Counted from the first letter of the stretch, positions 24,701 to 37,045 are shown. The stretch is 64,000 bases of DNA from Rhynchobatus australiae (GCA_034780895.1 JAUZTB010000075.1:4936523-5000522), one strand, 5' to 3'. The notes: generated by a model not told the origin, from the sequence alone. A program made the numbers and translations.

Positions 24701-25129
24701 CCAGGGGACTCATTATTACAGTCCCTAGTGTAACTAGATAAAGCAAGGCAACGGCTGCAAATTCAAAGTGTTCTTGGCTGCATTCTTTGCCTCGAGAGCC
24801 ATTCTCATTACAATTCCAAATTTCTACAATAGCTAAATTTCAGAATTGCCAACCCCTGGATAACTAAGTGTACGTATAAAAGTTTCAAAAGCTCTGTTTA
24901 TTTTACTTTTATTTCAGTATTTTGCTGTTGATCCATTGGTGTGTTTACATTGCATCAGCAATCATGAAATTGCAGCTAATTAAATTTGTCTTGCATTGCC
25001 AAGGGCTTAATTGCAACTATTCAAATAATCTTTGATCTTTTGCTTATGACACCTCTTATACTGTTTCTTTTAAACTAACTATTTTGCTCGCTGTTCTGTT
25101 TTGTCTGTTTCTTGCACTCTTACCCATAG

Positions 25130-25174
25130 ACATCGCAGTCTGCAAGGAGCGTCTGAAAAAGTTGACGGTAGGAG
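25130..25174 (+). CDS. OGDH: OGDH 45-nt in-frame cassette ('insert') exon: (D)IAVCKERLKKLTVG
   Basis: CTAAC branch motif at 25075-25079, pyrimidine tract, cccatag|AC...GGAG|gtaggc; phase 1/1. Resembles the mammalian insert peptide DLAVFKERLRMLTVG (recalled from memory). Confidence 0.9.
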
Positions 25175-26209
25175 GTAGGCAGATGCTGGTGGTCTTGCTG
25201 TTCAGCCAGTTATATTTTGCTTTTTCAGCTTTCTAAATCATTTTTTGAGTAAGTCTGTTGTGTGGTGGGAGGGCAATAGTTGTGTTCAAAATCATTAGTA
25301 GCATCCAGGTATTTGTGTGCTGATTGCTGATTTTAAATGTACTTAAACCTGATTTCAAAATCATTGATGTCATGCTAAGGTTCAAGGCTTTTAGTAACTT
25401 GCTAATCTTTGCCAGGAATTTGTTGGGTCTTCGCCGCTCTGTGGTAGGGGGGAATTGAGCTGGCATTTTTAAAAACTTGTGTGTTAAATGGAGATGAAGT
25501 CACGGTCTCATAGCAGTAGAAAAAGATTGATCTAAACACTCAAAAACTAAAATGAATGAAAAACCTGTAGGAGCATTCTTTATTCTTACTCCATCAAATC
25601 TTGTGTCCATGGTATAGTTGTGTTTCAGATTTTGCTCCTCGTATTTTAATACAGCAAAGTTCAATCTTTGCAAAATTTTAAATACTAGATCCACCTTTTG
25701 TACATTTGCACTGATTTGAATGGGGTTGTCTTCATTCAATGGATAGAATGCCTAACGAAACAATTATCTCTCACACGTTGCACAAAACAAGAGTGTGTCA
25801 CTAGGTTTTCATTACCAATTAATTTCAGAAGTCCCAGTCCAGACATAATGTAACTCCTAACACAAATTTCTGCAGCACATTCCATCGACAAAGCACGGTC
25901 AAGTCAAGAATATATACCCACACATAATGATAGAATAATGTATTCTGAATATGGGGTCTAAAGTTCTTACCCGAGTAGAAGATCTCATCCACTTATTTCC
26001 AGCGGTACTGTTCCAAGTTTCAAAGCTGTTATGTCCATTTTGTTTAAAGTTTCCAGGGACCAAACTGAATATTTAATTCCCCTATTCCTGCACTGTGCCT
26101 TGAGCATCCACCTATATCCTCTTAATTTCTCTGAAGAATGATGTGGCAGATTCTTGACTGTTTGCTAATAAATATATGGTGAGTATTTTATAAACCCAAG
26201 TAAAGGAAG

Positions 26210-28630
26210 GAGGGGTAAGGCATTTGTCCCCTTGTGTCTGTTCCACCATTCAAAGAGATAATGGGTGATTTTTTTTAACCTCAGCATCAACTTCCTGCAG
26301 ATCCTTTGAATCCTAGAATATCCACAAATCTATAAACCTTTTCCTTAATCATACCCAGTGACTGAGCCTCCTCAGCCCTCTTGAGTAGTGAATTCCACTG
26401 ATTTACCACCCTCTGGTGAAGAAATTTCTTCTCATCTTAGTCCTAACTGGCCATCCTCTTATTTTTAGACTATGATCCTGGGCTCCAACATTGCATTTCA
26501 GGGGACACGTCATCCTGTTCAAACCTAGTAAAAATTTTGTACATTTCAATTGCATAATTTCTCATTCTTCAGAACAGACCCAGTCTGCTTAATATGAGAA
26601 TGTTGCCAGGACTCAAGGACCTGAGCTATAGGAGAGGTTGGGCAGGCTAGGACTTTTATTCCTTGGAACGTAGGAGACTGAGGGGTCTTACAGAGGTGCG
26701 TAAAATCATGAGGGGCATAGATGGGGTGAGTGCACACTGTCTTTTTCCCAGGGAGAGGGAACCAAAAACTAGAGGACATAGATTTAAGATAAGAAGGGAA
26801 AGATTTAAAAGGAACCTGAGGGGGCAGAAGATGGTGCATACATGGAATGAGCTGTCAGGCAAAATGGTTGAGGCTCATACTTTAGTAACATTTAAAAGAT
26901 GTTTGGACAGATACATGGATAGGAATGATTTAGAGGAATTCAGGCCAAACGTGGGCAAGTGGGACCAGCTTAGGTGGGCACCTTGGTCATCATGGAGGAG
27001 TTGGGTCAAAGGACCTGTTTCTGTGCTGTATTACTCTGTGACTCTAATAACTTCTTACAACAATCACCCCATCCCAGGAATCAATCTTTGATTCAGGAAC
27101 CTTTGCTGCATTCATTCAATCATGTGCGTCTTTCTTTCAGTAGGGAGATCAAACTTGTATACAATGTTCCCAGTGTGGTTTCAACATTGTTCTGACCTCA
27201 GTCCAATCCCACATGATGAANNNNNNNNNNNNNNNNNNNNNNNNNNNNNNNNNNNNNNNNNNNNNNNNNNNNNNNNNNNNNNNNNNNNNNNNNNNNNNNN
27301 NNNNNNNNNNNNNNNNNNNNCCCACAAATCCCACTCCCATAGATCCCAAGATCCCAAGAATCCAATTTGGTGTTCACTGCATTCCTTCTATCACAAATAG
27401 ATCCTTTCTTAGGAAGGGAAACTGGACCTATATGCAGTCTTGTAGATATAGTCTCACCAGGATGCTATACACTGCAGGAGTGCATCTTTATTCTTGTTCT
27501 CAAGTCCTCCTTGTATTAACGACCAATGTACCATTCGTGTACAAAGATACCCAGGTCAGTCCGAACAGCACCAACTTCCAATCTCACCATTAAGTATACG
27601 TAGCCGTTTTGTATTTTGTATACCAAAATGGATATCTTTACAATTTTCATTTTTATATTCCATCTTCTATGTCCTTGTCCATTCATTAAACCTGTCTATA
27701 ATCCCCCCGAAACATCTCTGCATCCTTCTCACTGCCCACTCTGACACCCGGCTTTTCGTCATTAGTAAACATGGATACATTGCACTTAGACCCCTCAGTC
27801 AAATTGGTGATGTGGATTAAGAACTGCTGGGGCCACATCACTCATCCTTGCTGAACCCTCCATCACAACTTCCCAACCAGAAAATGACCCGTTTATGTCC
27901 ACTGTTTTCTGTCATTTAACCACTCCTTCATCCATACCACGTGCTCTGAATTTGTTTAATGGACTCCTGTTTGGCACCTGAAAATCCAAATATATCATAG
28001 CCCCTTCTCTATTATGATTGCTACAACACTAAACCAAAAAGCTGGAATAGATTTGTCAAACATGATTTCCATTCCATAAATCCTATTATTATTTCCTAAG
28101 TATCCTGTCACCATTTCCTTAATAATGAATTTGAGTATTGTTGATGTTGGTCTAACTGGTCTGTGAGTTCCCTATTTTCTCTCTTGTTCCTTTCTTACAT
28201 TGTTGGATCACACTNNNNNNNNNNNNNNNNNNNNNNNNNNNNNNNNNNNNNNNNNNNNNNNNNNNNNNNNNNNNNNNNNNNNNNNNNNNNNNNNNNNNNN
28301 NNNNNNNNNNNNNNGATCACACTTCCTTCCTTCCATTCTGAGGGAACTGTTCAAGGATCAGTGGAATTTCTGGAAGATGACAACCAGTACAGCCCCTAAA
28401 TCCATAATAACCTTTCAAAACCTTGGGAAGCATGTCAACCGGTCCTGGGGATTTATAGGCTTTCACCCCCATTAATTTCTCCAATCCTTTTTTAAACAAA
28501 TGCGAATTTCTTTGAGCTCGTCATTTACTCCAGACCTACTGTTTTCCATCATCTCCTGGTGGTTTTCTGCGTCTTTTCCATGAAGACAAAGGCAAGGTAT
28601 TTAATTTCCCTGTCACTTCCTCATTTCCCA
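26210..28630 (-). mobile_element. Decayed CR1 LINE(s) on the minus strand, interrupted by a younger plus-strand CR1
   Basis: ORF 28317..28499(-) LMGVKAYKSPGPVDMLPKVLK (KSPGPD motif) and ORF 27149(-) LKPHWEHCIQ; 3' UTR near 26210. Confidence 0.8.
26598..27045 (+). mobile_element. 5'-truncated CR1 3' end (nested)
   Basis: ORF 26663 ERRRLRG.LTEVRKIMRGIDGV...TRGHRFK is the CR1 C-terminus; tail ends ...ctgtattactctgtgactct. Confidence 0.9.
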
Positions 28631-29690
28631 ATTTAATTTCAGCTTCCTCAAGAGTATCAGAATATATACATAAATATTGAATTCTCCAATTAAACAAACT
28701 GCAATGTTTAATTTTGACTGTAGATCCTGAAATCTTTCAAGGGTTATGGTGACCACACTTAGAAAATTAGACCCAATTGTTGTCAGGAGGGAGCAGATTG
28801 ATGAGCACAGCATGCCTCAGACTGTGCAGAATAATGTGTGCAGGGTGTAACAGTGGTTAGTAGCTTCTGTTAATGGGATTTGTATGAAGTTACCGAAAGT
28901 GCATGTGCTTCAGTAAATTCTTTGTCTCAGCCCTAAACTGATCATTTGGTTATCCATTTAAATAACTTTCACAAGTAATTTGGTTTGGGGATTTGCCTGA
29001 GCTCCATGGGTTTTTAAATCTCAAAAGGACAGCAGTTGAATGGTGAAATACGTGACAGAAAGCAGGCAAATTCTCGTCCATATCATGACATCTCTGACTT
29101 GTAATCAATTACATTATATATTTTATTAATTCAATTTTTCCATTTGACATTGACATTGGTTGATTAAAGATTCATTGACATAAATGTGTAGTACGAAATG
29201 TTCTTTTGTAACTAATATCAGAATTGTAAATACCATGACTGATTAGATGGGAGTGAAAGGACAAATTTGTTGTCAGAACATTTTGTTATTTGCAGAAGTG
29301 TGTCAATGTGGTTCTTCCATAATATACCAATGAAATGCCTTGATGATTGCTGAGTCTAGCACTTTTCATGGAGAAAGTGTAACATATAGCTCTTTGCTTG
29401 TTTCCAAGAATATGTCATCTCTTTCAAAAAGATCATTTCCATTTCCCAAAAAGGTTTAAGTGTTTTTGTTTAGAAGCTATGGTTAAATCCCTTCAAGTAG
29501 CTTGAAAGGATTGTCATTTGTTGTTTCAGATGTATTGATGTTAATCTTGAGTCAGTAAGGTTGTTTCATCAATTTTGTTAGTGTCTCTGCTTACATTTAT
29601 TATAGTCCACATTCTTTAATCCCAAACCCTGGAAATCTGATTTGGAATCCCAACACATAGAANNNNNNNNNNNNNNNNNNNNNNNNNNNN

Positions 29691-29970
29691 CACAGAGGCC
29701 ATTCAGCCCATCATGTCTATGTTGGCCATCAGAGCAACCTCATCAGTCCTATTTCCCCCACTTATTCCACTGTGACTGATTTTTCTCTCTCACATGCCCA
29801 TCAACTCAACCCTGATTTTTCTACCACCCACTTACAATTTACAGTAGCCAACTAGCCTACCAACCAACATGTCTTTGGGAAGTGGGAGGAAACGGAAACA
29901 CAGGGAGAAAGGGTAAACTCTACATAAACGGCACCCAAAGTCAAGGTCAAACATGTGCCACTGACAGTGC
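29691..29970 (-). mobile_element. HE1-like V-SINE; further copies at 34015-34155(+), 46645-46848(-), 55155-55485(-), 60025-60380(-) and 63370-63680(-)
   Basis: Shared ctttgggatgtgggaggaaac...cagggagaacatgcaaactccacacagacagcacc...ggattgaacc (V-domain plus B box, reverse complement) and a CR1-derived tail. Confidence 0.8.
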
Positions 29971-30144
29971 AAACAGGGTGGGTAGGTACTTCAGGTTGTA
30001 ACATACACTCACCAATCTTCAAACTTTCACTGCCATGTATTAGTTAAACTTTGACACCTTCACTGGTTTAAATCATTGCATCACGGATGGCCTGGATCTG
30101 CACACTGGCAGTAAAGAAACAGGCCTGAAAGTTAAAAGGCTCCA

Positions 30145-30340
30145 TGTATTGGAAATCTGAAATAAAAACCGGAAATGCTCGAAACACTCAACAGGTCAGG
30201 TGGCATCTGTGAGAAGAGAAATAGTTAATGTTTCAGGTCAAGGAGTCTTCCAAGGGTTTTTGACGTGAAGTGTTAACTCTATTTCTCTCTCCACATATGC
30301 TGGCTGACTGAGCGTTTTCAGCAATATTTTTGTTTTAATG
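30145..30340. mobile_element. Fold-back (inverted) Penelope-like terminal repeat remnant
   Basis: Arms at about 30165-30242 and 30259-30336 are imperfect reverse complements of each other. Confidence 0.7.
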
Positions 30341-31549
30341 TGAAGGACAGACCTGATTGACATTCATGTAACATGATAGTATTTTAAACTACCCATGACT
30401 TGATCTTTTAAGACTTTTTAAATCATTTAATCTTAGCAGCTAATTATCACTAAACTGGGGACTTTTTCTCACCATGGCCTTTCCTATCATGTACCTCATT
30501 AATTCCTGTCCTGGGATATACGTGGCAATCTCCCTCTTTTTTTAAAATATTTGATCTCCCTTTGTCTGTGTTGTGTGACTTCTGTTCATTTTCAAATTAT
30601 GTTATTATTTTAACATTGAATGTGTTGAATACTTGATAAAAGAATCTGGGCAGCAATGGTGCCAGCACAATAGATCTTAAAACATTTGTTTCCAATGTTA
30701 AGTGTGTCAGGACAATGCAATTATTTTCCCCATGATATATGCTTAAATGTAATGTTTGTGTATGTTGCAACTTTAATCACAAGCCCACACGTGGCATGTT
30801 TCACAAGTTAGTGTGGAATTGGTCACTTTAATCAGGATTATCATAATGGCACTGATTCAAATCCAGACTTCTTCTCTAAAACCTGGATTAGTTTTTGATA
30901 GTGCAATGGGGTTTACAGCTGTTATTAAAAAGCACTCCAGCTGAAATCAGAGTGTCACGCAACTGTTGAGGATTTAAAATAAATTGCAACAGTTTACCTG
31001 ACTAATCCAGTGTGTCAAAATTCACATCTTAAAATTGCCCATTAATAATCCAGAATGCTTGTTTCCATTTTTCTGTGGTGCCCATAGGATAGTGCAGTGC
31101 TCAATCCAGTCCTGTTGCTGAGATGTGTGCTAGCATAGTGCAACAGTGCATTACTTCCAGCTTTTGTGAGGAGGATTAACTTTTTGGATATTGTTCAATC
31201 TGTGTGTTTGCAGTGTTTGTTCTTATTTTCAAAAAGAACCCGTAAATGGAATTTGAATCAAAAGTGTTAAAATTGTGAAATCTATTGTTACCTTCAGGTT
31301 CTAACAAGAAAGATTTATTTAAATTTAAAGGGGAAGAAGAGTATCTGTGTTACAGTCCGAATTCTGCTGAATTACTCTACTAATTGCTAGGTGCATGTGC
31401 TTGCTTGGGCAGTCACCATTGAGTGAGGACACTGATTATTAGCTTGTAGTGTGTTCACTTGTGCATGCTTGGTGTTTAAGTCTGTGGTTTATCTGTGCAC
31501 CTATTGTGCCTGTTTATGGAAATACAAGTACGCTAGATAGTTTTGCAAG

Positions 31550-32037
31550 ATAATTTTGAATACTAAAAATTAACTTTTATTCTTCTTGTTTATCCCTTCT
31601 CACTATCCTTTCCTTGTCTCTAATTGTGTACACTAATGTATCTTTTTCTATGGTGCTTCCTTTTTCTGTTTAAAATCTACAAATTGAATAATCCTCATTT
31701 TCTCATTAATGCATCTTTTAATTGCCTTCCACCTGTTTCACTCTGCCTCTTGCTTCCCTGGTGCATTCTAACGTTGATGCCTTCTGATATTGCTTGTGTT
31801 TGCAATACTTATTTTGCAATATTTATATTGCACTTTTAAACCTTGTTTCATTTTTTTTCTCTATTACATCCTTTGTTGTCACCAACTTGCATTGCATGCT
31901 TTTGCACTGCCTCCTCTGCACCTCCTCGTGTTTATTTCTTACTTCATACTCTTGATCTATATGCCGCCACTTCCTTTCCGCGCTGCCCTATGGCTTTCTG
32001 CGTCCTCGTGTCATATCTCACGGACAAAATTGTGCAG
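31550..32037 (+). promoter_or_regulatory. 486-nt AG-exclusion zone and candidate distant branch point region upstream of exon 5
   Basis: No AG between 31548-31549 and the acceptor AG at 32036-32037. Pyrimidine-rich. Branch-like motifs TACTAAA (31561), CACTAAT (31631) and CTAAC (31768); TGCATG at 31893. Confidence 0.8.
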
Positions 32038-32153
32038 CATTTTATGGCCTAGATGAGACTGATCTCGACAAAGTCTTCCACTTGCCCACGACCACCTTCA
32101 TCGGAGGCAATGAAACCGCCCTTCCTCTTCGCGAGATCATTCGGCGAATGGAG
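32038..32153 (+). CDS. OGDH: OGDH exon 5 equivalent (116 nt): (A)[38 protein letters not shown]
   Basis: tgtgcag|CA...ATGGAG|gtatgt; phase 1/0. Confidence 0.95.
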
Positions 32154-32769
32154 GTATGTGATCAAACTTGAAATCAACCGCATATTTTTGCTTTCCATCA
32201 GGATGTATGTGCAAAGTTCATTAGTATTTATACAGCCAAAAGACCAATTCAAAAGTGATCAAAACTTTGTATTTTGGTCTTTCATTTGTGTGTTGCATGA
32301 CATATTTAATTTATGAAACAAAAATGGAAAGGGATCCGGTGTGGAGAAATGCCTTCAGTTTGGTGTGAAAGAGGAAGACATGTGGCTGGCCTTTAGTGTC
32401 ATGCTTGCTTTTTGGCATCAGCAGGTTTCTTCATGTCAGAGCTGGATTTACTATTGGCGACACTGGCATATCCACAGCAGAAGTAATGTCCATCTCAATC
32501 ACAGCCAAGAAAAGTACTAAATACATTGAAAGAGCAGCCAGCCCCTGGTTCTGCCAAGTATAGCTTCGTGTTTCCTTAAAGAAAGCAAAAGAGCCAAAAT
32601 AACAGTTGAGCAACTTCTGGTGCTCGTTATCACATAGCTATCTCATTCAGTAGGGGAAGGAGACAGATCTGGGTATTTTGTATTTTTCTTATACTTGTAC
32701 ATTGGCAAAATGCCATAATCTTCACTTCTGCTGATTTACTTCATGCAAAACATTTATACCTCCCACAGC

Positions 32770-35130
32770 GTTACATAGAATATAAGAGTAAGGAGTTTAT
32801 TCGACTCTTCAAGCCTGTNNNNNNNNNNNNNNNNNNNNNNNNNNNNNNNNNNNNNNNNNNNNNNNNNNNNNNNNNNNNNNNNNNNNNNNNNNNNNNNNNN
32901 NNNNNNNNNNNNNNNNNNNNNNNNNNNNNNNNNNNNNNNNNNNNNNNNNNNNNNNNNNNNNNNNNNNNNNNNNNNNNNNNNNNNNNNNNNNNNNNNNNNN
33001 NNAACCCCCTCCTATCCATCTACTTATCCAAATATTGTTTAAATGTTGTTGTACCTATCTCAACCACTTCCTCTGGCAGCTCATTCCATGTACACACCAC
33101 CCTCTGCGTGAAGAAGTTACCCCTCAGTTCCTTTTTAAGTTCCCCCTCACCTTAAGCTAATGCCTTCTAGTTTTTAGTTCCTTTTCCGTGGGGGAAAAAG
33201 ACCATGTGCGTTCACCCTATCTATACCCCTCATGATTTTAATCACCTCTATAAGGTTGCCCCTCAATCACTTGGGTTCCAAAGCATAAAGTCGAGCCTGC
33301 CCAACCTCTCCCTATAACTCAGGCCTCGAGTCCTGGCAGTATCCTCTGATTGAATATATTTAATGTTTTGCCATCAGCTGCCTTCTGTCTTGGAGAACCA
33401 CACAGATTTCCCACTCTTTTTGGGTGAAGAAATTTCTCCTGTTCTCAGTCTAAATGGCTTACCCCACATCCTTGGGCTGTGACACTGAAGTCATGGGCTC
33501 TCCCAACGTTCTTGCAAGAAGTCTGTCCAGTCCTGTCAGGATTTTGTACGTTTCAGTGAGGATCCTCTCATTCTCATCAATTCAAGTCCATTAAATAAGC
33601 CCATTTGTACCAATTGCTCTCCATTCATTAAGCTGCCATCCCGGGAATAAATCTGGTGAACCTTTGACAGCGAATGCCAGGTGAACGTACCAAGTCCTTC
33701 CTGTTGACTTGTCTGCTTCCCCAATTCCACACTTCCGGGACATGTAAACTTTGAAAGGTCCAAAGTTTTAAAGTTTTTTACTTCTGATTTGAAGTTGCTC
33801 AACATGTTTTCCTGATTTATTCTCTTTTTAGTTCATGTGTCTTTACTCCCATCCCCACCTCATGAAACCTCAAAGGTGAAAATACTTTAGTCTTTGACTT
33901 ACAGGAAGACTAAATAACAAGCAGTTTTCAATTTTTTAAAAGCACGTCTATGTTGATGCAGCGATCAAAAAATGTTTTTGAGTGGGGATAAAAAACCTTT
34001 TATATTGGGCGAGGCAGATGGTGCTGCTATCTCACCACTCCACAGACCCAGGTTCAATCCTGACATCAGTCTTTGTGAAATTTGCATATTCTCCCTCTGA
34101 TGTTGTGAGTTTGTCCCATGTTCACCAGTTACCTCCCACATTTCAGACATGCTGATTACATAAAATCATGGAATATAGAAATTAGGGAAGGCTGGTTAGT
34201 CCTTCAAGCTTCCTCTGCTGTTTAGCACAGTCATGACAGATCATCCAAACTTCCTGCTTTCTCCCCATGTTCCTTCAGCCATGAGAACTGTACCCAACTC
34301 CTTATTGAATATATTTAATGTTTTACTCTCAACTGCCTTCTGTTGTGGAGATTTCCAAAGATTCACTACTCTTTCTGGGTAAAGAAATTTCTCTTTGACA
34401 CAATCCTACATGTCTTAACCCACATTCTTGGGATCTGATCCTTGGTTCTGTACTTCCCCACATTCCTGCATCGTCTGCCTAGTTCCATCAAGGTTTTATC
34501 AATAGACAGATAGACAGACATCCCTCTCTCAGACTAAACAGCCTTCCCCTACTTCGATATTCCATGTAATCAGCAAGATAAGGAGACCAAAACTGCACAT
34601 AATAATCAAGGTGTCTCATCAACCCCTGTAAATTGCGGTAAGACATTCCTGTACTGAAATCCTCTTGTTATGAAAGCCAGCACACCATCTGCTTTTGTGA
34701 GCATTTGCATACTTATTTTCATTAACTGATATGCAAGATAGCCCAGATCTCATCAAACCTTGCCCTTTCCTAATCTTTTACCACTCAGATAATCTGCCTT
34801 CCTGCTTTTGACACAAAAGTGGTCAAGTTTGTTTATACTGCATCTGCTTTGCGCTCCTTCAACCTGTCCAAATCCCCCTGGAGCCTCTCTGCAAACTCCT
34901 CACAATCCCATTCGCTTTAGAGTTAGAGCAATACAGCACGGATACAGGCCCTTCAGCCCAACCAGTCCATGCTGACCACGGTGCCCAGCCAGCTTGTCCC
35001 AATTTCCTGCGTTCGGCCCATATCCCTCCAGGCCCCATCCCACCATGTACCTTTTGTATTGTTCAAAAATCAGAGATTCTATTTAATTTCCTCATCTAAA
35101 TCATTAATCAAAATCATGAATAGCAGTGGG
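32770..35130 (-). mobile_element. Cluster of nested CR1 3' fragments and a SINE
   Basis: Repeated CR1 3' motifs (cacttcctctggcagctcattcca...caccctctg.gtgaagaa; catagaa/tacagcacgg..acaggcccttcagccca). Confidence 0.75.
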
Positions 35131-35209
35131 CCAAGGATTGAACCCTGTCAAACTGTGCTTGCTTTTCTCCATTCTTACACTGAGCAAATTGTTGCTTGCT
35201 TCTCCGCAG

Positions 35210-35364
35210 ATGTCTTATTGTCAACACATTGGAGTCGAGTTCATGTTTATCAATGATCTGGAGCAGTGCCAGTGGATTAGGCAAAAGTTTGAGACTCCAA
35301 GTGCAATGCAGTTCACCAATGAAGAGAAACGGACCCTTTTGGCCAGGCTGGTCCGCTCCACTAG
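35210..35364 (+). CDS. OGDH: OGDH exon 6 equivalent (155 nt): [51 protein letters not shown](R)
   Basis: tccgcag|ATG...ACTAG|gttagt; lies inside ORF 35126..35386. Confidence 0.96.
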
Positions 35365-36129
35365 GTTAGTCCTTCAACAGCAATAATAAATGCTTCTCTG
35401 TGCATCTATACATCCCTAAAGGTATTTCAATCAATTAAGTGCTTTTGAATTGTAGTCATCTTAGAAAATGGAGCAAAACAAAATTGAGTGCAGCATTGTG
35501 GCCCGACTTTGTCTTTCTGCAGCTCATCTGTACCTCAGCCAGCACAAAGCCATTAGTCATAGAGCATGGAAACGGGCCCTTCAGCCCAACTGGTCCATGC
35601 CAACCAAAATTCCAATCTAAGCTAGTCTCGTTCGCCTGCGCTTGGTCTATATCCCTCTAAACCTTTCCTATCCACATACCTGTCCAAGTACCTTTTTAAG
35701 TGTTGTTAATGTACCTGCCTCAGCCACTTCCTCTTGCAGCTCATTCCACATGCTGAGTATGGAATGGGATGTACAGTTTTCTAAAAATACATTTATTTTA
35801 CTTAAATTCTTTCACATACTTATCCTGCATGGAGATGAGAGAAATATTGATGACTCTACAAATCAGTCTAGGTGAAATACTAGAAATACAATCGTGCAAT
35901 GTTTGCTAGTCTTCAACAGACCTGCTTTTGTGTTTCTTTCTAAATAATCAGTTCAATTTTAGTCAAAGGTAGTGGTGGAGTCAGGGGGAAGTAAAGTCTC
36001 CTGTGCTGAAAAGGGTGTCCTCTATGGAGAGCCAGAAACCTCTTCACAAAGTTAGCCCAACAAGTAAAATCAATAGCAATTGGCAGTACCCATTGCTCTA
36101 ATTATCCATGCAAAACCTCTCCTTCCACT

Positions 36130-36775
36130 TCTTTCCACCACATAGGGACACATATGCTAACATTCATCTAGGTGAAGCAACGATTCACTTAGTCTTCCAA
36201 TCTGGTGTACTGCATTTGTGTTCACAACGCGGTCTCCTCTAAACTGGAGGAACCAAGCGGAGATTGGGTGATCACTTTGCAGAACACCTGCATTTGGTCC
36301 ACAGAAGTGACTCTGAGCTTCCAATAATTCACCATCCGACTCCCACCCTGACCTTTCTGTCTGTGGTCTCCTGCACTGTTACAGCAAGGCCCAAAACAAA
36401 CTTGCGGAACAATGCCTATTCCTCCTTTGGGGCACATCGAAGCCTTCCAAATGCTATCAAATTCTCTACTATTGGGGAACCCACTCTTTCTGTTTGTATC
36501 AGAACTGGTTGTTCCTGCCCTGTCATTATTTTAGCGGAATTTTTCATCTTTTATTTGTATCACCTGGCCTGTTAGGCCTGTTTCACAACCTCTTTTGATT
36601 GCCCTTTCTCCTTGTTCTGCCCTCCCCATCTACAAACCTTGAAAACTAACTTATTTTTCTGGCTTTCCTAGTTCTGACATAGGATCTGGACCTGAAACCA
36701 TAAACATTTCTCTTTCCACAGATGCTGCCAGACCTGTTAAGTGTTTCCAGCTTTCCCTGTTTTATTATCATTGTA
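36130..36775 (+). mobile_element. Penelope-like element 3' remnant (GIY-YIG endonuclease plus terminal repeat)
   Basis: Decayed VKQRFT..SSNLVYCI.CSQ.GLL..G.TKRRLGDHFAEHL (ORF 36264 begins GDHFAEHL), followed by terminal repeat ...gacctgaaac...ccacagatgctgccagacctg... Confidence 0.8.
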
Positions 36776-37045
36776 TTAACCTAGCATGAACGACAAGGTC
36801 CACACCAATCTGAGTTACCTAACCACAGGCATTATACGCAACAGCCTTCTTTGCTTTGTCCTTGTCTGTAAGATGGGCCCTTAACTTTGAAATTAGTGTT
36901 AAATATTAGGATTGGTTGGATCATTGCCATATGTTAATATCATGTGTTTTAAGGAATTGATTTGCCTGGCTTTAAATTAGTGTGTTTGCTGTTGATTTAT
37001 CAAATGATTGTGCCCTATCGTCGTATCTACTGATTTCTCTCAAAG

